DNA from: an uncultured bacterium
GTDB lineage: Bacteria > Actinomycetota > Acidimicrobiia > Spongiisociales > UBA5794
Length of the DNA stretch: 64,000 nucleotides
Reading direction: 5' to 3'
Assembly (NCBI GenBank): GCA_963801165.1
Contig: CAWDDT010000006.1
Location: 96,001-160,000, forward strand
Shown here piece after piece: positions 9,182 to 17,166 of the stretch (its first letter is position 1; every line of letters starts with the position of its first letter). The notes under the pieces were generated by a model. It saw only the letters and a program-made list of their open reading frames with translations. It had not been told where the DNA came from and made no database searches. The translations under genes and the position numbers were made by a program.

Positions 9182-10447
9182 TTACTGGTTGGCCGGGCGC
9201 TCGCCAAGGGTTACGTTGATCGTGCGGCCGTCGCTGAGGGTCATCTTGATGGTGTCGCCTGCGGCATAGCGACGAAGCTGACCGATGAGCTGGAAGTGCG
9301 ATCTCATCTGGGTACCGTCGATCGCCGACACGACGTCGCCAACCTTCAGTCCGGCCTGATCCGCAGCTGAATTCGGGACAACCGACTCGATGCTGACGCC
9401 GATGGGGGCACTACCTCCGTCGGTTGTGTCCTGCATGGCCGTGCTGATCTGGACACCGAGATAGGGAATGGATGCATGACCGTTGGCGATGATCTCGTCG
9501 GCGACGCGGGTTACGATTTCGACCGGCGTGGCAAAGCCGATTCCCTCGGCTCCCACCGGGCTCACACCGACCGCGGTGGTGATTCCGACGAGGGCACCGT
9601 CCTGGTTCACCAGGGCGCCACCACTCGACCCGGAGATGATCGGGGCGTCGGTCTGGAGCATTCCGTCGAGCCCGGCCGAAGAGGAGGCGTCTGTCTGTAC
9701 CTGGCGATTGAACGCCGAGATGACACCTACGGTCAGAGATGGTCCACCGCTGAGACCGAGCGGGCTGCCCACGGCGACGGCGGGATCGCCGACGGACAGC
9801 GAGTCAGAGCTTCCTATCGTGATCGGATGGAGATCCTGTGCTGATATCTGGAGCACTGCCAGGTCGGTAGTCGGATCGGTCCCGACAACGGTGGCGGGGT
9901 AGACCCTGCCGTCGGACAGGACGACCTCGTAGCTGGACCCGGCTGCGGCGACGTGGTTGTTGGTTATGACGTGACCCTGGTTGTCGTAGATGACACCCGA
10001 TCCGGAGCCTACGTCGACTTGCCGACCGTCGAACGCGGCGCCTTGGATCTCGACGGTGACCACCGAGGGGATCACTTTCTGACCCACTGCCCTGGCGTCG
10101 AGCCGCAGCGCGGGAGAGGTTTGAATGGCGTTCGTGGCTGTGCCGCTGCCCGTCGACTGGCTGACGTCGGCCGCTGCCTGGGTGGCGATGGTTGTGGTCG
10201 AAGCCGCCGCCTCCGCGGTAGCGGTTCCGCTGTCGCGGTTGGCGACGACGGCACCAGCGATCACAGCCAGACCAAGGGCGAGTGCCGCCAGGTACCACTT
10301 CCAGTAGCGTCCGGCTCCATCTGGCTTCCGCTGCGGTGAACTCGCCGGCGGCGGGGCAGTGGCTACGGTCTGGGCATCGAGAGGAATAGATGTGCCGGTA
10401 TCTGGTCCGGCGTCTGTAGAGGGAGTTTGCGGTTCGAGGTCGTCCAT
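9182..10447 (-). CDS. HtrA/DegP-like membrane-anchored serine protease with PDZ domain
   Basis: TM helix, GSGSGVI, TNNHV, DLAVL, QTDAPIISGSSGGAL, C-terminal PDZ. Confidence 0.92.
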   Translation of the reverse strand: MDDLEPQTPSTDAGPDTGTSIPLDAQTVATAPPPASSPQRKPDGAGRYWKWYLAALALGLAVIAGAVVANRDSGTATAEAAASTTTIATQAAADVSQSTGSGTATNAIQTSPALRLDARAVGQKVIPSVVTVEIQGAAFDGRQVDVGSGSGVIYDNQGHVITNNHVAAAGSSYEVVLSDGRVYPATVVGTDPTTDLAVLQISAQDLHPITIGSSDSLSVGDPAVAVGSPLGLSGGPSLTVGVISAFNRQVQTDASSSAGLDGMLQTDAPIISGSSGGALVNQDGALVGITTAVGVSPVGAEGIGFATPVEIVTRVADEIIANGHASIPYLGVQISTAMQDTTDGGSAPIGVSIESVVPNSAADQAGLKVGDVVSAIDGTQMRSHFQLIGQLRRYAAGDTIKMTLSDGRTINVTLGERPANQ

Positions 10448-10533
10448 GCGCTATGTCCTTGTCTCACTTCCGTCATTGGGAAGCATGCGACTTCAGCATG
10501 AAAATCGCATGAGGAACGTGTGCGTAATGTCTA

Positions 10534-10578
10534 AAACTCTCGGATGTGAAACTCTCGGATGTGAAACTCTCGGATGTG
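10534..10578. repeat. 15-bp perfect tandem repeat x3 (AAACTCTCGGATGTG)
   Basis: Read directly; intergenic between the htrA start and the flp 3' end. Confidence 0.9.
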
Positions 10579-10640
10579 TCTGGCTTCCGCCCCGACACCG
10601 CCGTGCTTCTAGAGAGCCGTGCTTCCAGAGAACGCTTGGG

Positions 10641-10823
10641 CTAGGGCAGGCTCTCTGCGATACCGGAGTACGAGCTGCTCAGCTGGGTGCCGAACGCAGC
10701 GATCGCGACCAGAGCAACGAGCGCGATGAGAGACACGAGGAGCGCGTACTCCACGATGCTGGCGCCCTGATCATCGTCCGCACGGGTCGCCAGTAGGTTT
10801 CTAATACTGATGTACACGCTCAT
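10641..10823 (-). CDS. Flp family type IVb pilin
   Basis: DDDQG/ASIVEYALLVSLIALVALVAI: Flp cleavage site, E+5/Y+6 motif and hydrophobic helix. Confidence 0.9.
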   Translation of the reverse strand: MSVYISIRNLLATRADDDQGASIVEYALLVSLIALVALVAIAAFGTQLSSSYSGIAESLP

Positions 10824-10978
10824 TTTCAGTGTCGCCTCTGGTTGCTCTAAGTTGTCATCTGACTACGCTGAGTAGTTCTCCCCACTAAACACCTAAAACG
10901 CCTAACCGTCTAGGGGTCGAGCGACCTATTCCATAAGGTGTCACATGTAGCGACCCTGGGTCGTACAATCGACAGAGG

Positions 10979-11072
10979 CAAGAAACCGTTCAACGCAAGC
11001 AAGAGACCATTCAACGCAACCAAGAGACCATTCGTCGCAACCAAGAGACCATTCGTCGCAAGCAAGAGACCA
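10979..11072. repeat. 21-bp tandem repeat x4.5 (CAAGAGACCATTC[AA/GT]CGCAA[G/C])
   Basis: Units start at 10979, 11000, 11021, 11042, 11063; ends ~10 nt before the DivIVA-domain start. Confidence 0.9.
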
Positions 11073-11082
11073 AAGGTACGTC

Positions 11083-12045
11083 GTGGATCTGTCACAACAG
11101 AGCATTACCGACCATCAATTCGATCTGAACCGGCGCGGCTACGATCCGGACGCCGTCGATGCGCATCTCGGCGAGATCGCCGCAGCTGTGACGGCCAGGG
11201 AAAACGAGATCGCAGCGCTGAAGCGCACCGTTTCTGAGTTGCAGGCCAAGGTCCGCGACGCCGACGAGTCGGAGGAGGCGTTGCGGCTCACCTTGAAGGC
11301 CGCTGCTCACGCCAAAGAGGAGTTGTTGAGCGGAGCCCGGGAACGGGCCGCGGAGATCGAGCGCGACGCAACAGAGCAGGCGGAGCAGCTCGTCGCAGAC
11401 GCTGAGGAGAATGCAGCGACGATCACCGAACAGGCGCAGGTGCGAGCGGAGGCCATGACCTCTGGCGCCGCCGCCCAGGCTCGTGAGGTAGCCGGGGCGG
11501 CCCTCTCCGAGAGTGAGTTGCTCGTGGTCCGCATCGAGCAGTTGCGAGCACAGGTGGGAGCTGCTGAGGAATCGCTACGTGACCTGAGCGCCGATACGAC
11601 CCCCCAGCTGGAGGAGGCCCGCGGAGCGCTCGACAAAGCCCTCGAATCCGCCCGAGCCAGTGCCGAGAACCCGGAGCTTCTGGCCGCGGCCGCGCCACCA
11701 CCGCAGCCCCCGCAGGCGGTGAGTTACCCTTCTGAGCCCGTCGTCTATGCCCCGGTCCATACTCCCGAGGCCGAGGCGGCTCCGCCAATGGAGATAGGCC
11801 AGCCTCCCGCTGCGTTCGAAGAGGTGGAGCACCGGGATGAGGTGGATCACAGAGGTGATGGTTTCACCGTTGCGGGAGACGAGCAAACCGCCGACGACGC
11901 CGCGAGGGATGCGGCCGAGAGGGATGCGGCCGAGGACGCGGCGGAGCAGAGCGAAGAAATGCCGCCGCAGCGTGTAGCAGAGTCGAGTGCCGATATCAGC
12001 GACAAAGTCGACCGGCTGCTCGAGGAGCTGCGCGAAGTTACCTGA
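11083..12045 (+). CDS. DivIVA-domain coiled-coil protein
   Basis: ITDHQFDLNRRGYDPDAVDAHL DivIVA motif, long coiled coil, Pro/acidic tail. Confidence 0.85.
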   Translation: MDLSQQSITDHQFDLNRRGYDPDAVDAHLGEIAAAVTARENEIAALKRTVSELQAKVRDADESEEALRLTLKAAAHAKEELLSGARERAAEIERDATEQAEQLVADAEENAATITEQAQVRAEAMTSGAAAQAREVAGAALSESELLVVRIEQLRAQVGAAEESLRDLSADTTPQLEEARGALDKALESARASAENPELLAAAAPPPQPPQAVSYPSEPVVYAPVHTPEAEAAPPMEIGQPPAAFEEVEHRDEVDHRGDGFTVAGDEQTADDAARDAAERDAAEDAAEQSEEMPPQRVAESSADISDKVDRLLEELREVT

Positions 12046-12095
12046 ACCGATCAGGGTCACCCGATGCACAGGGTGGTCTGAGCACCTTCGTGACC

Positions 12096-12200
12096 GGTCA
12101 TTTGGAAATCGGTCATTGCGGAATCGCTCATTGGGGAATTGGTCATTGGGGAATTGGTCATTGGGGAATTGGTCATTGGGGAATTGGTCATTGGGGAATT
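12096..12200. repeat. 15-bp tandem repeat x7 (GGTCATTGGGGAATT) containing the patatin stop codon
   Basis: Four perfect copies at 12141-12200 and three diverged copies at 12096-12140; minus strand reads ATT CCC CAA TGA CCA. Confidence 0.92.
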
Positions 12201-13171
12201 GAGGGTGTCCTCCGGCCCAATCCGTCGCTACCGGCCAGATGACGAGCGAGGACGCTCCATGTTGCGGGTGCGGCCAGCTCCTGCTTCATCGAGCGCAGCG
12301 TGCGGAGGAACACGGGCATGGCGGCATCGGATGACATCGGGTTGGGTCGGGCTACGGCGAGAACGCGGTAGTCGGGGCGGAGGATCAGCACATCGGTCTG
12401 TGGCCACTGCCGGTTGACCAACGTGACCTCGGCCTCGAGAGCCGTTCGCCCGAACCGATCGAAAATGTCCTCGTAAAAGCGCGCACCCGGGCGCCGTTCG
12501 GCGGCAGCCAGGGGCGCTATGACTATGACGAGGTCGAGGGGCGAGTCGGAACCGAGCACGAGATCGACCGAGGTTCCGCTGGCCAGGCCACCATCGGCAT
12601 ACCAGCGATCGCGAATGAGAACCGGTTGGAAGATGCCGGGTACCGCCGCCGATGCTGCGACGGCATTGCGAATTTGTGCCGGTGGGGCGGCTTCGGTGCC
12701 AAACGGCACACGCTTGCGGGCCGCAACATCGTAAGCCACGACGACCGTCGGTCGGTCCGGCCAACTGGTGGCGGCGGGTCCGAGTGCGTCATCTATCCAC
12801 CGGGCCAGACCGATCGTGGAATACAGGGCCGGGCTACCGAGCACCAGGCTGAGGTCGGGTCGGCGCAAGCCGGGGACCACGCCGTGTCTCACCCAGCGGA
12901 TGAGTCCGGACGGTCGGCTTCTCTGGAACACACGGCCGTGCAGTTCGGTGGCAACTTCGCTGCGCGTGGTCGCGGAGCCGACGAATGTCTCGAGGCTGAG
13001 CTTGTCACCGCGGACCATGGCGCCGGTCAAAGCACCGCAGGAGGTGCCGACGACGACGTCGGCAGAGTTGGGATCCCAACCGGTTGCGAGCTGTAGCGCG
13101 AGCAGAGCACCAAATTGAAACGCGGCGCCGGTAATGCCGCCGCCGCCCAGTACGAGTCCTACTCTGCTCAC
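12188..13171 (-). CDS. Patatin-like phospholipase
   Basis: LVLGGGG, GTSCG (GxSxG) and ADGG motifs; TATCCT 7 nt before GTG 13171. Confidence 0.9.
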   Translation of the reverse strand: MSRVGLVLGGGGITGAAFQFGALLALQLATGWDPNSADVVVGTSCGALTGAMVRGDKLSLETFVGSATTRSEVATELHGRVFQRSRPSGLIRWVRHGVVPGLRRPDLSLVLGSPALYSTIGLARWIDDALGPAATSWPDRPTVVVAYDVAARKRVPFGTEAAPPAQIRNAVAASAAVPGIFQPVLIRDRWYADGGLASGTSVDLVLGSDSPLDLVIVIAPLAAAERRPGARFYEDIFDRFGRTALEAEVTLVNRQWPQTDVLILRPDYRVLAVARPNPMSSDAAMPVFLRTLRSMKQELAAPATWSVLARHLAGSDGLGRRTPSIPQ

Positions 13172-13241
13172 GGGGCATAGGATACGGCGGCGAGATGCGG
13201 AGGTGCCGGCGCTACCCAATACGGGCCAGCGCGGTTGGACC

Positions 13242-14153
13242 ATGATGAAGATCACATCGGTGTCGGATAGCGATCTCCGGGAAGCCGTGGTGGCATTCCT
13301 GGAGATGCTCGAGGGTGAAGGCGACCCCGGGCTGTCTGAGAACAAGCACATGCATCTCGGAGGAACTCACGACGTTGTCGAACGGGTGGCACACACCGAC
13401 GACGGTTCGATAGCGGGTTACGCACAGGCGGCCTGGCACCGCGCCGTCAACGGAGGATATGGCCATTGGGCTCTCGAACTGGCGGTGGCTCCCGGCTTCC
13501 GGGAGACGTCGCTGCCGAGTGATCTGGCTGCAGCGGTGGTCGAGGCAGTAGGCGATGCGGCAATGACGCTGTGGGCGCATACGTCCTATGTAGCGGGCAT
13601 GGCCAACGATTGGGGATGGCGCCGCACTCGCGCCCTTCTCGAGATGACCTGCGCGCTGCCGGTCAGCTGTGACGGGGCTGCGGCTGCGGGCATCACGTTT
13701 TCGACTTTTCGGCGGGGTTTGGACGAGGAGGCATGGGTCGTGGCCAACAACCTGGCGTTCGCCGGGCACCCCGAGAACGGGGCCTTGACGATCGCCGACC
13801 TGGAAGCGCGGATACGACAACCCTGGTTCGACCCGAACGGGTTCTTCCTGGCGTGGGACGGGGATCAGCTCGCCGGGAGCTGTTGGACAAAGGTTCATGG
13901 CGATGGGCGTGGGGAGATCTACATCATCGGTGTCGTTCCCCGGTGGGAGCGTGTTGGCCTTGGCCGCGCCCTCATTTGCCGGGGACTCAACTACCTGAGC
14001 CGGGAGAAGAATGCCACCGCCGCGCTGCTCTACGTCGAGGGTGACAACGACCGCGCCACGACGGTTTACGAGAAGGTAGGTTTCACGGTGGCCCGCCGAA
14101 TCTCGGCTTTCTCAAGGCCGAGAGACACCACTACCGGTCCGTCGGTTCGGTAG
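13242..14153 (+). CDS. mshD: Mycothiol synthase (tandem GNAT acetyltransferase)
   Basis: NNLAFAGHPENG, QPWFDPNGFFLAW, CWTKVH, GEIYIIGV, LLYVEGDN. Confidence 0.85.
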   Translation: MMKITSVSDSDLREAVVAFLEMLEGEGDPGLSENKHMHLGGTHDVVERVAHTDDGSIAGYAQAAWHRAVNGGYGHWALELAVAPGFRETSLPSDLAAAVVEAVGDAAMTLWAHTSYVAGMANDWGWRRTRALLEMTCALPVSCDGAAAAGITFSTFRRGLDEEAWVVANNLAFAGHPENGALTIADLEARIRQPWFDPNGFFLAWDGDQLAGSCWTKVHGDGRGEIYIIGVVPRWERVGLGRALICRGLNYLSREKNATAALLYVEGDNDRATTVYEKVGFTVARRISAFSRPRDTTTGPSVR

Positions 14154-15029
14154 TCACTCGACCCGATCGGCGCTGAGAGTCGCGGCTGCGACCGCTCGCT
14201 TGAACTCGGACAGGTAGAGATCGTTGGCACCGATCGCGACATCCATGGAGCGCTCCACCCGGAACACGAGAGTCATCGCGGCGTGATAGACGATCCAGCG
14301 GTCGAGCTGGTATCGGTCGAGAGTCCGCCCATACCCCTCCTGGAATGCGGTCGAGGCCTGAGCACCGGCGCTGAGTGCCAGCAACCAGGTTGCCTTGGAG
14401 AGATCCCACTCTGGCGGGGCGACCGTCGCCCACTCCCACGTGATCAAGGTCACCTTCCCGTGATCGTCTACGACAAAATTGTCGGGAGCGGGGTTGGTGT
14501 GTGCGGCGCGCGGGTCCGAAGCGAACGGTGGTCTCACGTCGCGGGCTTCTGCGAGGACGTCACCAGGGAGATCGAGACGGCGCCGGTAGCGATCGAGGCG
14601 CTTCAGGGTGGAGATGAAGTCCACGGCCACCCATTCCTGATCCATGCCCCGGCTCAGATTCGTAAGCCGCTCCGGATTGGCGTCGTGGACGCTGCGTAGG
14701 ATGGCACCGGCCTTGCGAGCGAGACCGGGGTTCTCGGGGAGGGTCTCGAGATTCCACCGTCCGGCGTCCTCGAAGATCGCCCAATGGAGATCGTCCTCGA
14801 GCCCGCGATCGATGATCTGAGGCATACCCGCAAGAGTGGAGAGGATTTCGATGGCGTGAAATTCCCGGCGCTCGCGGGCCGGGGTGCCGTATACCTTGAC
14901 GACCCGGGTGCCATCGCCAACCCAGATCCGGAAAACACGGTTGGCCGACTGGCCACGCTCCATACCGGTCAGCTCGTGAACCCGGCCGCCTGCGGCGAGT
15001 TTCTGTGCTACTTCGATTGGTCTCACCAC
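14154..15029 (-). CDS. APH/choline kinase-like fold protein with altered catalytic motifs
   Basis: N-lobe GQSANRVFR/VVKVY; HTNPAPDNF in place of HxDxxxxN; ITWEWA in place of IDWE; PPEWDL. Confidence 0.75.
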   Translation of the reverse strand: MVRPIEVAQKLAAGGRVHELTGMERGQSANRVFRIWVGDGTRVVKVYGTPARERREFHAIEILSTLAGMPQIIDRGLEDDLHWAIFEDAGRWNLETLPENPGLARKAGAILRSVHDANPERLTNLSRGMDQEWVAVDFISTLKRLDRYRRRLDLPGDVLAEARDVRPPFASDPRAAHTNPAPDNFVVDDHGKVTLITWEWATVAPPEWDLSKATWLLALSAGAQASTAFQEGYGRTLDRYQLDRWIVYHAAMTLVFRVERSMDVAIGANDLYLSEFKRAVAAATLSADRVE

Positions 15030-15124
15030 ATGTCCTTCAATGGGGAACCCCTATTGTCGCACGCGGAGGCCTGGCTCGCATCGCTTTGGGTTACTCTTAG
15101 CAGCCAAACGCTGAGAGGTACACC

Positions 15125-17059
15125 GTGGCATTGACAATCACCTTCCCCGACGGCTCCGAGCGCAGCTACGACTCGGGAATCACGGGCGCGGAGATCGCCG
15201 CGAGTATCGGGCCGCGACTGGCAAAGGCGGCTGTTGCCGTGAAGCTCGACGGAATGGCCATCGACCTCGGACGCCCCATCACTGAGAGTGGTGCCGTCGA
15301 GATCGTCACCGAGAGCACCGAAGAGGGAAGACACGTCCTACGGCACTCCGCCGCCCACGTAATGGCTCAGGCGGTGCTCGACCTCTACCCGGCGGCGAAG
15401 TTTGCCATCGGCCCTCCGATCACGGACGGCTTCTACTACGACTTCCAGGTCGACGAGCCTTTCACCGCGGAGGATCTGGATCGGATCGAGGCGAGAATGG
15501 CCGAGATCATTGCAGAGGATCAACCGTTCGAACGTGAGGAGTTGTCGTCCGAGCGGGCCCTCGAGGTTTTCGCCGATCAGCCGTTCAAAACCGAGATCAT
15601 CAACTCGGTCGACGTGGCAGAGGGAGCAGCGAGTGCCGGGGTCTCGGTATATCGAAACCTGTCTTTTGTCGACCTGTGTCGTGGCCCACACATACCGTCG
15701 ACACGCAGGATCAAGGCCGTAAAGCTGATGCGTTCTGCAGGTGCGTACTGGCGTGGAGACGAGAACAAGCCACAGCTACAACGTATCTACGGCACGGCGT
15801 GGGAGACCCAGCAGGAGCTCGACGCCTATCTGGAGCGGCTCGAGGAAGCGGAGCGGCGCGATCACCGCAAGCTGGGTCAGGAGCTGGATCTGTTCTCCTT
15901 TCCTCCGGAGCTTGGAAGTGGGCTTGCCATCTGGCACCCGAAGGGCGGTCTGCTCCGTACGATCATCGAGGACTACAGCCGGCGCACGCATCTGGCGAAC
16001 GATTACCTGCTGGTGTCGAGCCCGCACGTGGCCAAGGCAGCTTTGTGGCAAACCTCGAAACACCTGGATTTCTACGCCGATGGCATGTACCCGGGAATGG
16101 TGCTCGACGAGTCGACGGAGTACCGGATAAAGCCGATGAACTGCCCGTTCCACATCCTGATCTTCAACAGCAGGGGACGGAGCTACCGGGAGCTGCCGAT
16201 GCGGCTCTTCGAGCTGGGAACCGTGTACCGGTACGAGCGCTCCGGTGTCGTGCACGGGCTGATGCGAGCCAGGGGCTTCACCCAGGACGACAGCCACATC
16301 TTCATCGAGGAGAAGGACATCGGTGCGGAGCTGCAGAACCTCCTCGACTTCACGTTGATGGTGCTCAGAGACTTCGGCTTCGAGGAGTTCGAAGCAGATC
16401 TCTCGACGCGGGATCCGGAGAAACACATCGGAACTGATGAGATGTGGGACAAGGCAGAGAGCGCACTCCGGCAGGCTCTGGAGACTGCGGATCTTCCGTA
16501 TGAGGTCGCCGAGGGCGAGGGTGCGTTCTACGGCCCCAAGATCGATGTGCACGTCCGCGACGCCATCGGACGTCGCTGGCAGCTGTCCACCCTGCAGGTC
16601 GACTTCGGACAGCCGGAGAACTTCGAACTGCTCTACGCCACCGACCACAACACCCGGGAGCGCCCGGTGATGATCCATCGCGCCTTGATGGGCTCGGTGG
16701 AGCGGTTCGTCGGCATCCTCATCGAGCACTATGCCGGCGCTCTGCCGGGCTGGTTGGCGCCGGTGCAAGCAACCGTGGTGCCGGTGGCAGATCGTCACTT
16801 CGACTATGCGACGGAGGTGGCGGATCGTCTAAGGGCCGCGGGTCTCCGCGTCGAGATCAACGTTGCGGACGATACAGTCGGGGAGAAGATCCGGCTGGCC
16901 ATCACCCAGAAGCATCCTGCCATCCTGGTCGTAGGCGACCAGGACGTGGCCAACCGCACTGTCGGGGTGCGCTTGCGTCACGAGGACTCGGAAAAGCGGG
17001 GCACTCCGCTCGACACCGTGGTCGCTGATCTCGCGGATCTCTGCCGGCCGCCTCGCTAG
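15125..17059 (+). CDS. thrS: Threonine--tRNA ligase
   Basis: TGS domain, RHSAAH, DLCRGPH, RDHRKLG, KPMNCPFH, RARGFTQDD, MIHRAL. Confidence 0.98.
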   Translation: MALTITFPDGSERSYDSGITGAEIAASIGPRLAKAAVAVKLDGMAIDLGRPITESGAVEIVTESTEEGRHVLRHSAAHVMAQAVLDLYPAAKFAIGPPITDGFYYDFQVDEPFTAEDLDRIEARMAEIIAEDQPFEREELSSERALEVFADQPFKTEIINSVDVAEGAASAGVSVYRNLSFVDLCRGPHIPSTRRIKAVKLMRSAGAYWRGDENKPQLQRIYGTAWETQQELDAYLERLEEAERRDHRKLGQELDLFSFPPELGSGLAIWHPKGGLLRTIIEDYSRRTHLANDYLLVSSPHVAKAALWQTSKHLDFYADGMYPGMVLDESTEYRIKPMNCPFHILIFNSRGRSYRELPMRLFELGTVYRYERSGVVHGLMRARGFTQDDSHIFIEEKDIGAELQNLLDFTLMVLRDFGFEEFEADLSTRDPEKHIGTDEMWDKAESALRQALETADLPYEVAEGEGAFYGPKIDVHVRDAIGRRWQLSTLQVDFGQPENFELLYATDHNTRERPVMIHRALMGSVERFVGILIEHYAGALPGWLAPVQATVVPVADRHFDYATEVADRLRAAGLRVEINVADDTVGEKIRLAITQKHPAILVVGDQDVANRTVGVRLRHEDSEKRGTPLDTVVADLADLCRPPR

Positions 17060-17166
17060 GAGCGTGTGACTTGCTTCGGGTTGTCCTGGCCCTAGGCTGC
17101 ATCGGACTCGATTCGAGAGATCTCTGTGCGAGCTGTCGCGTTCGTACGCAAGAAGGGGAATAGCTT

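Noticed and set aside
10979-11072. CRISPR-like array (21-bp units); also 12096-12200
   Set aside because: Units are head-to-tail with no unique spacers and no cas genes are present; these are simple tandem repeats.
10359-11237. ORFs 10359..10796, 10910..11095 and 10938..11237 (also 11987..12202, 12139..12417) with repetitive peptides
   Set aside because: They are translations of tandem arrays or antisense overlaps without independent coding evidence.
15030-15124. T-box leader before thrS
   Set aside because: The intergenic region is under 100 nt and has no T-box (TGGNACCGCG) motif.
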